This document shows positions 1 through 6,973 of a stretch of DNA of 64,000 nt, in pieces. The first letter of the stretch is position 1; each line of letters starts with the position of its first letter. The position numbers and the translations under genes are program-made. Below the pieces are notes generated by a model, which was not told the DNA's origin, searched no databases, and was given only the letters and a program-made list of their open reading frames with translations. The DNA is taken from positions 36,916 through 100,915 of the IMG/VR virus record IMGVR_UViG_3300045988_101454. One strand, 5' to 3'. The DNA comes from a virus.

Positions 1-158
1 TCCTCATGCTTGTTTTCCAGATTGCGGAGATTCTTTACTACTCTTTTATAGCCTCTGGAAAAACGACGTATTTTTAGTTTCATAGCCTCGTTTTCGGCTA
101 CCAACTCTCCATAACGCCTCGCATCTGCAACACGCTTTTTCCATTCCTGATGTTTCAT
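1..158 (-). CDS. hypothetical protein, N-terminal part only (runs off window start)
   Basis: ATG at 156-158 on minus strand, frame open to position 1; MKHQEWKKRVADARRYGELVAENEAMKLK...; too short for ORF track. Confidence 0.3.
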   Translation of the reverse strand, partial: MKHQEWKKRVADARRYGELVAENEAMKLKIRRFSRGYKRVVKNLRNLENKHE

Positions 159-181
159 TGTCTCTATTGTTTATGTTTTTT

Positions 182-349
182 TTAATTATACAACATACTC
201 ATTAATGCCGCAGCCCTTCTCTTGTCGGTAAATCCTTTGATGTTTACCCACTTGCCGAAGATGCAGTCTCCGACTCTTTTCTGAACCATCCAGACGGTCA
301 CGGGTATGCAACCGTTGTAGGCATCCATCGGAACAATTCTTAGTTTCAT
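182..349 (-). CDS. hypothetical small protein (55 aa)
   Basis: ATG 347-349, TAA 182-184; MKLRIVPMDAYNGCIPVTVWMVQKRVGD...; starts 3 nt after upstream stop. Confidence 0.3.
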   Translation of the reverse strand: MKLRIVPMDAYNGCIPVTVWMVQKRVGDCIFGKWVNIKGFTDKRRAAALMSMLYN

Positions 350-352
350 ATC

Positions 353-532
353 TTATTCAAATTTATATACTATATGCGGTGTGGTGTTGCCCAGTCCGTC
401 GCGAGGGTCGGCAAAGCAGCCAGGCGGTGAGGTTGTCACGGCATTGGCTATCTGCTTGCGCGGTCGGCTCTTTACGAGGCCCTTACCGTCCTTGCCGCTG
501 CGTACCCATCCGATGTAATACTTATCAGTCAT
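353..532 (-). CDS. mini-ORF (59 aa) resembling a C5-methyltransferase target-recognition domain
   Basis: ATG 530-532 overlaps TGA of the 529-1335 ORF (ATGA); ..KQIANAVTTSPPGCFADPRDGLGNTTPHIVYKFE*. Confidence 0.35.
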   Translation of the reverse strand: MTDKYYIGWVRSGKDGKGLVKSRPRKQIANAVTTSPPGCFADPRDGLGNTTPHIVYKFE

Positions 533-1335
533 CGGTCTGCGTTTTGCCCTGTCCCCAATCGTTCAATAGACTGGCATAATATCCCTTGTATTCTACCTGC
601 CTCTTGCTCTGCCCTCTTTAGAGCTTCGTCACGCTCATGCTCCAGCTTTATGCAATATTCAGTCAAGCGATTGTATTCTTTCTGCAAGGCATTGAAATCC
701 TCGCGCAGCTGCTCCAAATTGGGGTTTTCAGAATCCAATAACACAAGACGTTGCTTTTCCTTGTCCCATCTTTTCCCGATTTTCTCCACGGAATTGTTGA
801 GAAGTTTTTCTTCCGTAGGCGTAGCGTATCTCAGTTCGATGCTTTTTTCTTCTTCGCGTGTACCGCGAAGGTCAAGCTGAGCGTTAAAAGTAAGCACGTC
901 GCTGTTTTTGCATAAGCAGGCGTATGTCCTTATCTTGGGATAATCAGTAGATTCCACTCCGCTGAAAATCACAATGTAGGTCAGAATGTTGCCATCTTCA
1001 TACTTAATATCCATTGCCACGATGTCACCCGGCTGGAATTTGAGCACATTCCAACTTCGGTAAAGATGCGAGAGAAACAGCATACACTCTCCTTTGTCAA
1101 AACGCGCTATACGCCCGTTGTAAAGAAAAAAATGGTCGTATGCTTCATTCTCGTCAGGATGATGGAGGCCCAGCACAACACCCGAGGCGTTGAAATTATG
1201 CACCTCCATATAACCTAACAGAGGCGAATAAAGCATAGCGTCTACAGGCAAACTGTGGAGAAAAGCTGATAGTTTCTCATTCTCGAAAGTTTTTGCTCCC
1301 GTTTTAGGGATGCTTCTTGTTTCTTTTTGACTCAT
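529..1335 (-). CDS. hypothetical protein; paralog of 39355-39879
   Basis: 268-aa ORF. Shared blocks with the 39355-39879 product: FLHSLPVDAMLYSPLLGY vs FLRSLPKGTMLYCPLFGW, and RSWNVLKFQPGDIVAMD vs RSWDILDFNDGDIVAVD. C-terminal coiled coil. Confidence 0.6.
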   Translation of the reverse strand: MSQKETRSIPKTGAKTFENEKLSAFLHSLPVDAMLYSPLLGYMEVHNFNASGVVLGLHHPDENEAYDHFFLYNGRIARFDKGECMLFLSHLYRSWNVLKFQPGDIVAMDIKYEDGNILTYIVIFSGVESTDYPKIRTYACLCKNSDVLTFNAQLDLRGTREEEKSIELRYATPTEEKLLNNSVEKIGKRWDKEKQRLVLLDSENPNLEQLREDFNALQKEYNRLTEYCIKLEHERDEALKRAEQEAGRIQGILCQSIERLGTGQNADR

Positions 1336-1355
1336 AATGTCTCTATTTTAAATTG

Positions 1356-1507
1356 TTATTCATATTCTATCAATACAATGGTGTGCTGTCCGTGTTCATC
1401 GTAGAGCCCTGCCCATCCGTCGTAGCGGGCGGACAATGCCGTGGAATACCCCCCCGACGTGGGCAGAGCTGGGATGTGCGTTGTACGAAAGGGATTTGTT
1501 TAATCAT
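1356..1507 (-). CDS. TRD-like mini-ORF, frame ambiguous at a G7 run
   Basis: ATG 1505-1507 overlaps the upstream TAA (ATGATTAA). The conserved part ..PTSGGYSTALSARYDGWAGLYDEHGQHTIVLIEYE* (stop 1356-1358) is in another frame. The two frames meet at homopolymer 1449-1455. Confidence 0.25.
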
Positions 1508-1675
1508 ACGTTATCAATACCATATTGTCTTTGCCTACTGATGTGAGGGTGTTGGTTGTCCCCCCCCCCCGTTTATCTCCATTCGCTGAAAGAAGCGTCC
1601 GTTGGAGGGATGCTTGCGGTTGGACGGATTATCGGGGGCACGGCCTCGGAAGGCTGCTATGCGAAAGTCAATCAT
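1500..1675 (-). CDS. TRD-like mini-ORF interrupted at a G11 run
   Basis: ATG 1673-1675 overlaps the stop of 1668-1961 (ATGATTGA). As sequenced it stops at TAG 1535-1537. One extra G in run 1560-1570 would give ..EINGGGGTTNTLTSVGKDNMVLITYD* ending at 1500. Confidence 0.3.
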
Positions 1676-1961
1676 CCCCATTCCATTTTTCATCATCCAC
1701 AGTTCGTGCTATGAATATGCGATATGGGTTCTTCTTGTCTGTACTGGTTAGCTCTATTGCTTTTTCGATACTCTCCCTCGATACAAAGTCGCGTATCATC
1801 AACACTGCAAGGGCATCGAACTCGTCGTCCGACAAACAAACAGTATCTTCTCCTCGGCGGATAGTAACAAAGTCGCAAATAGTGTTGTGCCCGAAAGCCA
1901 CATCAACATCTTCATTACGTTCGAGGTCTCTGACTATTATTTTTTCTGCGTAAAGACTCAT
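1668..1961 (-). CDS. hypothetical protein (97 aa)
   Basis: ORF track; same-strand tight packing; no recognised motif. Confidence 0.5.
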   Translation of the reverse strand: MSLYAEKIIVRDLERNEDVDVAFGHNTICDFVTIRRGEDTVCLSDDEFDALAVLMIRDFVSRESIEKAIELTSTDKKNPYRIFIARTVDDEKWNGDD

Positions 1962-1988
1962 ATTTCTTTTTGTTTATTATTTGTACTA

Positions 1989-2165
1989 TTAATCGTAACA
2001 TATTGCAATCAGATTGTCAGTGGTGAGGGAAGTACCTATACATTGCATCCAACATCCTTGTCGCAGATGCCATTCCTTATCACGGAAGTCGTTAGTGCCG
2101 ATTAAGCGACGCACGGCTTTCGCGTGTTCGGTTCTGGCTTCGTGTATCAGATGAATGTTAAGCAT
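1989..2165 (-). CDS. TRD-like mini-ORF (58 aa)
   Basis: ATG 2163-2165 (the track uses an upstream GTG at 2213); MLNIHLIHEARTEHAKAVRRLIGTNDFRDKEW..CIGTSLTTDNLIAICYD*. Confidence 0.4.
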   Translation of the reverse strand: MLNIHLIHEARTEHAKAVRRLIGTNDFRDKEWHLRQGCWMQCIGTSLTTDNLIAICYD

Positions 2166-2329
2166 AATAGGTTGTCTTTTGTTACAGTTGTTATCGAATT
2201 GCTCCACGGCCACGGACTGGGGCGGTGATACTTTTCGCCGTATTTACACCCTCCGCGGTCGCCATGCTCACGACGGAAGGCTTTGGCTTCCTCGGTGCGG
2301 TAGTGGACGAGGACGGAACGGTCAATCAT
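2147..2329 (-). CDS. TRD-like mini-ORF (60 aa)
   Basis: ATG overlaps the upstream stop (ATGATTGA); ..VHYRTEEAKAFRREHGDRGG..WSNSITTVTKDNLLCLTFI*, resembling phage C5-MTase TRD motifs. Confidence 0.4.
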   Translation of the reverse strand: MIDRSVLVHYRTEEAKAFRREHGDRGGCKYGEKYHRPSPWPWSNSITTVTKDNLLCLTFI

Positions 2330-2471
2330 ACTCTATCAATATTTTCGGTTTATCCACGTCGTGACCCTTACCTCCCCCGGCTATGCACAAGGCTATGCCG
2401 TGTGGTGACACGATGATGCCGTTCTGCGAGGGGCTGTAGGAGCCAAGGATGATGGGGCGAGGGTTGTTCAT
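2322..2471 (-). CDS. TRD-like mini-ORF (49 aa)
   Basis: ATG 2469-2471 overlaps the upstream TGA (ATGA); MNNPRPIILGSYSPSQNGIIVSPHGIALCIAGGGKGHDVDKPKILIEYD*. Confidence 0.4.
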   Translation of the reverse strand: MNNPRPIILGSYSPSQNGIIVSPHGIALCIAGGGKGHDVDKPKILIEYD

Positions 2472-2635
2472 AATTCTACTGCTACATAATAGTGGTTACG
2501 ACTGCTCACTCCAGCTTGAATGGTGTAGATGATACCCCTCCCGAATTGCTTGTTCTAGGTGTCTATCCATACGGCATGAGAGGGGCGGAAACCACGTTTG
2601 TACATTATTTCTAAGCGAGCGTTCTTGTTAAGCAT
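2468..2635 (-). CDS. TRD-like mini-ORF with in-frame TAG
   Basis: ATG 2633-2635 (ATGCTTAA overlap); MLNKNARLEIMYKRGFRPSHAVWIDT[TAG 2555-2557]NKQFGRGIIYTIQAGVSSRNHYYVAVEL*; no ATG after the TAG. Confidence 0.3.
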
Positions 2636-2641
2636 ATTCAA

Positions 2642-2764
2642 TCAGTACCCCTCCAGTTTTGTTGACAAGGTTAGGGTGGGGTATATTCCTTTAGTACCGC
2701 AGATGTTGCCATCAAAACCGGACTTCCACTTGTCGTAATAAATGTTGCCAATCTTTTCAATCAT
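2642..2764 (-). CDS. TRD-like mini-ORF (40 aa as sequenced)
   Basis: MIEKIGNIYYDKWKSGFDGNICGTKGIYPTLTLSTKLEGY*. A +1 change in the GGGG run would give ..KLEGVLIEYA*, ending at 2628 and overlapping the next ATG. Confidence 0.3.
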   Translation of the reverse strand: MIEKIGNIYYDKWKSGFDGNICGTKGIYPTLTLSTKLEGY

Positions 2765-2912
2765 ATTCTACTATTACTGCCGTTGCTGCCCTGCCTCCCG
2801 TTGGCTTAATGAAATTCACCAAAGAATTGCGTTGGTACTGCGACTTAACGCATCGACATAACGCGGGAGAGGTAGAGACACTATCAGGGTTTAATGCTTT
2901 TATAAAAACCAT
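2757..2912 (-). CDS. TRD-like mini-ORF (51 aa)
   Basis: ATG 2910-2912 overlaps the upstream TAA (TAATG); MVFIKALNPDSVSTSPALCRCVKSQYQRNSLVNFIKPTGGRAATAVIVEYD*. Confidence 0.35.
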   Translation of the reverse strand: MVFIKALNPDSVSTSPALCRCVKSQYQRNSLVNFIKPTGGRAATAVIVEYD

Positions 2913-3037
2913 TATTCAAACTCATACAATACTACTGCCATTGGGTAATGGGCGAGCGTGAGGATGTTGGTAGGTCCGATAGCCTCGTAGCGTGTGGTTA
3001 TGGTTGCCGCACAACATCCGTCAGTAACATTCACCAT
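2912..3037 (-). CDS. TRD-like mini-ORF (41 aa from first ATG)
   Basis: MVNVTDGCCAATITTRYEAIGPTNILTLAHYPMAVVLYEFE*. The frame is contiguous with the upstream MTase fragment across TAA 3086-3088. Confidence 0.3.
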   Translation of the reverse strand: MVNVTDGCCAATITTRYEAIGPTNILTLAHYPMAVVLYEFE

Positions 3038-3085
3038 CAGTCCGCTACCCCATTCAGACGGAATGGAGGTGCGACGTGGGTCAGC

Positions 3086-3574
3086 TTACACTCCATCCTT
3101 CTTCCTCTCCATATTTTCTTTGAACAATTCCTCAAATCCCTCGAATGGGAACGTGTGGTAATTGCAGAACGATTTCCAATAGCTATCAAACACGAGTCGC
3201 ATACCCTCTATACTATCCGCCAATTCGTCAAGCTCCATATCCCATCCGTTGATGGTGTTTATGAGGTTTTGTAGCCACGTCTTGAGGAACATTGCCGCCT
3301 CGTGTGTCGGTGGCAGGTCGAACTGAAGGAATAGGGCGTTGTCAGAGTCGTTGGTCGTGAGGAACTTGCTCACGGCATCGTCCTTGAGGAAATAGCGGCC
3401 GGACACTTCCTCTTCGAGCACGTCTTCCAGTCGGGTAAGTAGCTCGAAGGGTTCGGGAAACTGGTAGTCGAAGGCCACGTCACGGCGCATGGAGAGGCAG
3501 AACACCCTGTCGCGGTTTTGTGGCACGCCGTAGTTCTAGTCGTTGTAGTGGGTTTGTGGGGAGTCTTGGTTTTG
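3086..3574 (-). pseudogene. C5-cytosine DNA methyltransferase fragment starting at motif VIII
   Basis: ..THYND[TAG 3536-3538]NYGVPQNRDRVFCLSMRRDVAFDYQFPEP..GRYFLKDD. The QxRxR motif and following blocks are typical of Dcm-type enzymes. No motifs I, IV or VI upstream (TAA at 3575-3577) and no motifs IX or X downstream. Confidence 0.65.
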
Positions 3575-3598
3575 TTAAAGTTCATGGGGGTTGGTGTT

Positions 3599-4153
3599 TT
3601 ATCGTCTTACTTCCAGCCATGTGTTACAGCGACCGATCCCAAACTTTGCAGCCACCGCACAAAAACTCTTGTCGTGATGACCAGACCGACAAGTCCCTAA
3701 GTCAGCACAGGTATCACAGCCGAAATCCATATAATCTGGATGATACCATACCTTGTCGCCAATCTCACGGATATAGCCTCTCTTTGTATCTACCACCAAG
3801 GTTCTTCCGACGGAATTTCTTTTGGGTTTATTCACAACAACCTTATACCGATTGTTTTTCTTCCTTACGACATGACATTCATTACGCATCGACCATCTCG
3901 GGTCAAAAACACGGAAGTCAATGCGCCACTTTTTGGGAAAATGGAACTTCTTCGGGTCGCAATAGTTGGAAAGTACTTTGCGGTCAGTAGAAACAATCTC
4001 TTCCCAGTTGTCACAACAACGAAGTACGTCAACCCTCCATCCTATGCGACGCTGTACTATATCTAACAGCGATGGATAATTACGCGGCTTCTCCCAGATT
4101 CCTCTAAAGTAAAGATTGTATCTGTCAAGCAGCACCTTGTTTCTTGCTTTCAT
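3599..4153 (-). CDS. hypothetical protein (184 aa from first ATG)
   Basis: ORF track 3599-4234 uses a TTG; ATG at 4151-4153; Cys/His-rich C-terminus; no recognised family. Confidence 0.5.
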   Translation of the reverse strand: MKARNKVLLDRYNLYFRGIWEKPRNYPSLLDIVQRRIGWRVDVLRCCDNWEEIVSTDRKVLSNYCDPKKFHFPKKWRIDFRVFDPRWSMRNECHVVRKKNNRYKVVVNKPKRNSVGRTLVVDTKRGYIREIGDKVWYHPDYMDFGCDTCADLGTCRSGHHDKSFCAVAAKFGIGRCNTWLEVRR

Positions 4154-4295
4154 AGTCTTTATAAATTCTTTTATATTGTTAATGTTTTCGCATTGAGCTG
4201 AAATCTTTGTTTCACCAATATGCTCTTTGAGCAAAATACTCTTTTAAGGATAGATAACTACGCTTGTGAAAACGCATTTTCATCTGACTGGGATT

Positions 4296-4433
4296 TTAGT
4301 GTCTATGCTGACGTTTTCTTGCCAAACGAATACTTGCACCAAAGACACAATATCCTCCATTCACTTTCACTAAATTTTCCGAATCAAACGAAATTGTGTA
4401 CTCGTAAGTACGTTCTTTTATATTTGCTGCCAT
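4296..4433 (-). CDS. hypothetical small protein (45 aa)
   Basis: ATG 4431-4433, TAA 4296-4298; MAANIKERTYEYTISFDSENLVKVNGGYCVFGASIRLARKRQHRH. In frame with the upstream YopX ORF (TAG-CGT-ATG). Confidence 0.35.
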   Translation of the reverse strand: MAANIKERTYEYTISFDSENLVKVNGGYCVFGASIRLARKRQHRH

Positions 4434-4436
4434 ACG

Positions 4437-4904
4437 CTATTCATCTTTGAGGTTCAACTTCTCTTGCCATTCTGGGTCGTGTATATCACCGACAATCTCA
4501 AAGTCCTCAAGTTTCTGTTGCGTGATTCCGTCAGAGATGCCATCAGAGATGCCACGCACAGCGGATTTCGGGTTTTTGACACAGGTGAGAAAAAACATCG
4601 CCTCTTCATCACTCCACCCTATAATGCCAAAGTAATTGTCACGCGCACCATCCTCCATGCGACTGAATGGGTATTCGTCCGAGCGAAGAAGATCGCCCTC
4701 ATAAATCTCCTTACCGTTCTTGTCGAGGTAGCCGGTGAACTGGCAGACGGTGCGAGGGTCAACCTTGTAGGGGATGTTTCTATTCAACATACTTTCCTTT
4801 TGCCTATCCTCGATAATGTATGTGTTATCATTCTCCTCGTAGAAGTAACCACAAGTCCATTCTTTATTATCAAGGCGTTTAGCCTTAAACTTGATTGTTC
4901 TCAT
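4437..4904 (-). CDS. YopX-family phage protein
   Basis: MRTIKFKAKRLDNKEW..GYF...QFTGYLDKNGKEIYEGDLL...EIVGDIHDPEW, typical YopX blocks; ends in TAG. Confidence 0.75.
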   Translation of the reverse strand: MRTIKFKAKRLDNKEWTCGYFYEENDNTYIIEDRQKESMLNRNIPYKVDPRTVCQFTGYLDKNGKEIYEGDLLRSDEYPFSRMEDGARDNYFGIIGWSDEEAMFFLTCVKNPKSAVRGISDGISDGITQQKLEDFEIVGDIHDPEWQEKLNLKDE

Positions 4905-4907
4905 AAC

Positions 4908-5435
4908 TTATTCCTTCCCAATTAATTGTTCATATTCTGACCTTGTGATTTCTACAAGGTCTGGATTATCCTTGTCAGCTCGAACATTGTCGCCTAAACG
5001 GATAAAACAATGTCCATTTGTGTAGCAAAGTTGGGGTAATGTTATACGATTTCCGCTTCCTTCATTCAGTCCTAACTCTTTGAGAATTTGGAAACAGTTT
5101 GCGACCGCGTTATATGAGGACAAGACAGCACTGATAGCTTTGCCTTGCTTGGTTCTTTTGATGGGTATTATTCGTATATAATCTTTGATAACCTCTTCCT
5201 TTTTCCACAACTTCTTGTCAAGCTGCTCCCATTTTTCCTTGTCTACGAGGATAGAAGTGACTTTGCAGATTCGGGTTAGCGTGGAGTCTGGCATGTAGCC
5301 ACCAAATTTATCTAACTCAAATCCGACAGCTTCTTCTACTCTCTTGACATAAGCCTTACACTCTTTGTCTTCGGCTTCACAAATGCTCTTAATGTACTCG
5401 TAAACCTTGCTTCCTTCTTTTGCTTTGTATACCAT
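4908..5435 (-). CDS. hypothetical protein (175 aa)
   Basis: ORF track; tight same-strand packing. Confidence 0.55.
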   Translation of the reverse strand: MVYKAKEGSKVYEYIKSICEAEDKECKAYVKRVEEAVGFELDKFGGYMPDSTLTRICKVTSILVDKEKWEQLDKKLWKKEEVIKDYIRIIPIKRTKQGKAISAVLSSYNAVANCFQILKELGLNEGSGNRITLPQLCYTNGHCFIRLGDNVRADKDNPDLVEITRSEYEQLIGKE

Positions 5436-5437
5436 GA

Positions 5438-5872
5438 TTATTCCTCCTTAATACCAAATGGTGTTCCGTCAGCAAATGTATATTGCTTAAACGTTTCATT
5501 ATAATTATAAAATGTCACTTCCTCGCATACTTCTATCATTGAAATTCTACTATCCGTAATTTTTAGAATGTGGTAATTTTCTTTTTCTTCTTTAAGTTTT
5601 AACCAACCGAACGGTTGGTGCTTCAGCATTTCCTGCCAACATTCTTCTGCGTTCTTAAACGAACGATACTTGGGCTCGGGCTTGATACGGTAGTTGTACA
5701 AATCAGGTCTAAAAAGATGTTCTTCATCCACATCTACCCATTTATTGTTGAAATTAGGCTCTCCTGGATGTTCAATCTTAAAGCTAAGGTCTACGTCGTA
5801 ACACTGGATAGTTTTGCCATTTACATACGCCTGCATAACATCCACCAACTGCTTTATTTTTTCTTTTCTCAT
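5438..5872 (-). CDS. hypothetical protein (144 aa)
   Basis: ORF track; preceded by a conserved leader at 5873-5896. Confidence 0.55.
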   Translation of the reverse strand: MRKEKIKQLVDVMQAYVNGKTIQCYDVDLSFKIEHPGEPNFNNKWVDVDEEHLFRPDLYNYRIKPEPKYRSFKNAEECWQEMLKHQPFGWLKLKEEKENYHILKITDSRISMIEVCEEVTFYNYNETFKQYTFADGTPFGIKEE

Positions 5873-5896
5873 TGTTCTCTATATTTTCGTTAATAC
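5873..5896 (-). promoter_or_regulatory. conserved 5' leader, copy 1 of 4
   Basis: Coding-strand GTATTAACGAAAATATAGAGAACA immediately before the ATG; near-identical copies at 6171, 6590 and 7580. Confidence 0.5.
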
Positions 5897-5906
5897 TCAC
5901 ATCGTT

Positions 5907-6170
5907 TTATCTCTTTCTTCGCTTCGCCTTGCGTCGTTCTTGCAGGTTATGCTGCACAAGTTGCGTAATGGTGAACGATGGCGACCCGTCGGGCAAAATG
6001 AATCGGATTATCCTCTTCGCCTTGCCTTCAATGAACTTGTCAATACACTCCAATACTTCCTGCAAAATCTGCTGCTGCGATTTATTCTTGTCGGTCTACT
6101 GCTCATACAACTGGCGGATGTATGCCGGATTGACGGTAACGATGTATTGTCTTTCTTTATGTATCTTCAT
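5907..6170 (-). CDS. small basic protein (87 codons) with in-frame TAG
   Basis: ATG 6168-6170 follows the conserved leader; MKIHKERQYIVTVNPAYIRQLYEQ[TAG 6096-6098]TDKNKSQQQILQEVLECIDKFIEGKAKRIIRF...RKAKRRKR*; no ATG after the TAG. Confidence 0.45.
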
Positions 6171-6194
6171 TGTTCTCTGTATTTTCGTTAATAC
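6171..6194 (-). promoter_or_regulatory. conserved 5' leader, copy 2 of 4
   Basis: GTATTAACGAAAATACAGAGAACA directly upstream of ATG 6170. Confidence 0.5.
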
Positions 6195-6205
6195 GTTATC
6201 GCTTG

Positions 6206-6589
6206 CTATGATTTAAGAATATTGAAGCAATCCTGTAATTCCTCATCACATTCGGGTGGCCAAAGTGTGCGTACCTTCATGCCGTTGTTGTCGATAAGAG
6301 GTTGGGCTAACGGCAGGATTGCGTGCGGCTCTTTGTGCCACTCTATAACTGTTCCGTCGTTGTATATTGTAGGATTGTAATCAGATCCATACTTTAGCAA
6401 AGAGATAAGTTTTTGCTGCATACAATACTTCAAATCAGACCATGACTTGCTACGTCCCAAATAGCCATTCACGACATACCCTCCGGCACAATACTGATAG
6501 GAGACACCATCGAGCCGATGAGAGTAGAGCGTGATGCCGGCTTGGGCGCAATAATACCTTAATGTCACCATTGTTGCATATTTACCCAT
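6206..6589 (-). CDS. hypothetical protein (127 aa)
   Basis: ORF track; conserved leader upstream; ends in TAG. Confidence 0.55.
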   Translation of the reverse strand: MGKYATMVTLRYYCAQAGITLYSHRLDGVSYQYCAGGYVVNGYLGRSKSWSDLKYCMQQKLISLLKYGSDYNPTIYNDGTVIEWHKEPHAILPLAQPLIDNNGMKVRTLWPPECDEELQDCFNILKS

Positions 6590-6613
6590 GATTCTCTGTA
6601 TTTTCGTTAATAC
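6590..6613 (-). promoter_or_regulatory. conserved 5' leader, copy 3 of 4
   Basis: GTATTAACGAAAATACAGAGAATC directly upstream of ATG 6589. Confidence 0.5.
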
Positions 6614-6970
6614 TTACGTCGTTTCACTTAAATCCTTACAAATCAAATCAGATAGAAGATTGTCCTTTTCCTCCACCTCCTTCAACGACTGTTCTATCAT
6701 TGCCCTGCATACAGACGGGTCGAGTGCCGGAAGTTTATGGTCTATTGCATTTGCGGTTTTTGGTGGAGCGAATGGATCCTTTATTAGTGAAAAGCAGACA
6801 ACATCCGCACGACTCATTATGTTGGCAATGGCATCCTCGATGGAGTCGAATTTGCCCATAAAGACTTGTCCAGGGGAGAGTTCCACTAAAAAACATTTCT
6901 CTGTGGTGCGGTCCTTGCCGAGCATTACGATGCAGTCGGGACGATTGCGACGATTTACTTTTATATACAT
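6614..6970 (-). CDS. hypothetical protein (118 aa)
   Basis: ORF track; start is in frame with the upstream ASCH ORF (TAG-CTT-ATG). Confidence 0.5.
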   Translation of the reverse strand: MYIKVNRRNRPDCIVMLGKDRTTEKCFLVELSPGQVFMGKFDSIEDAIANIMSRADVVCFSLIKDPFAPPKTANAIDHKLPALDPSVCRAMIEQSLKEVEEKDNLLSDLICKDLSETT

Positions 6971-6973
6971 AAG

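Noticed and set aside
3370-3585. 71-aa ORF (MNFNKTKTPHKPTTTTRTT...)
   Set aside because: It is an alternative frame over the C5-MTase motif VIII region. It is low-complexity and Thr/Pro-rich. The MTase frame carries the recognisable motifs.
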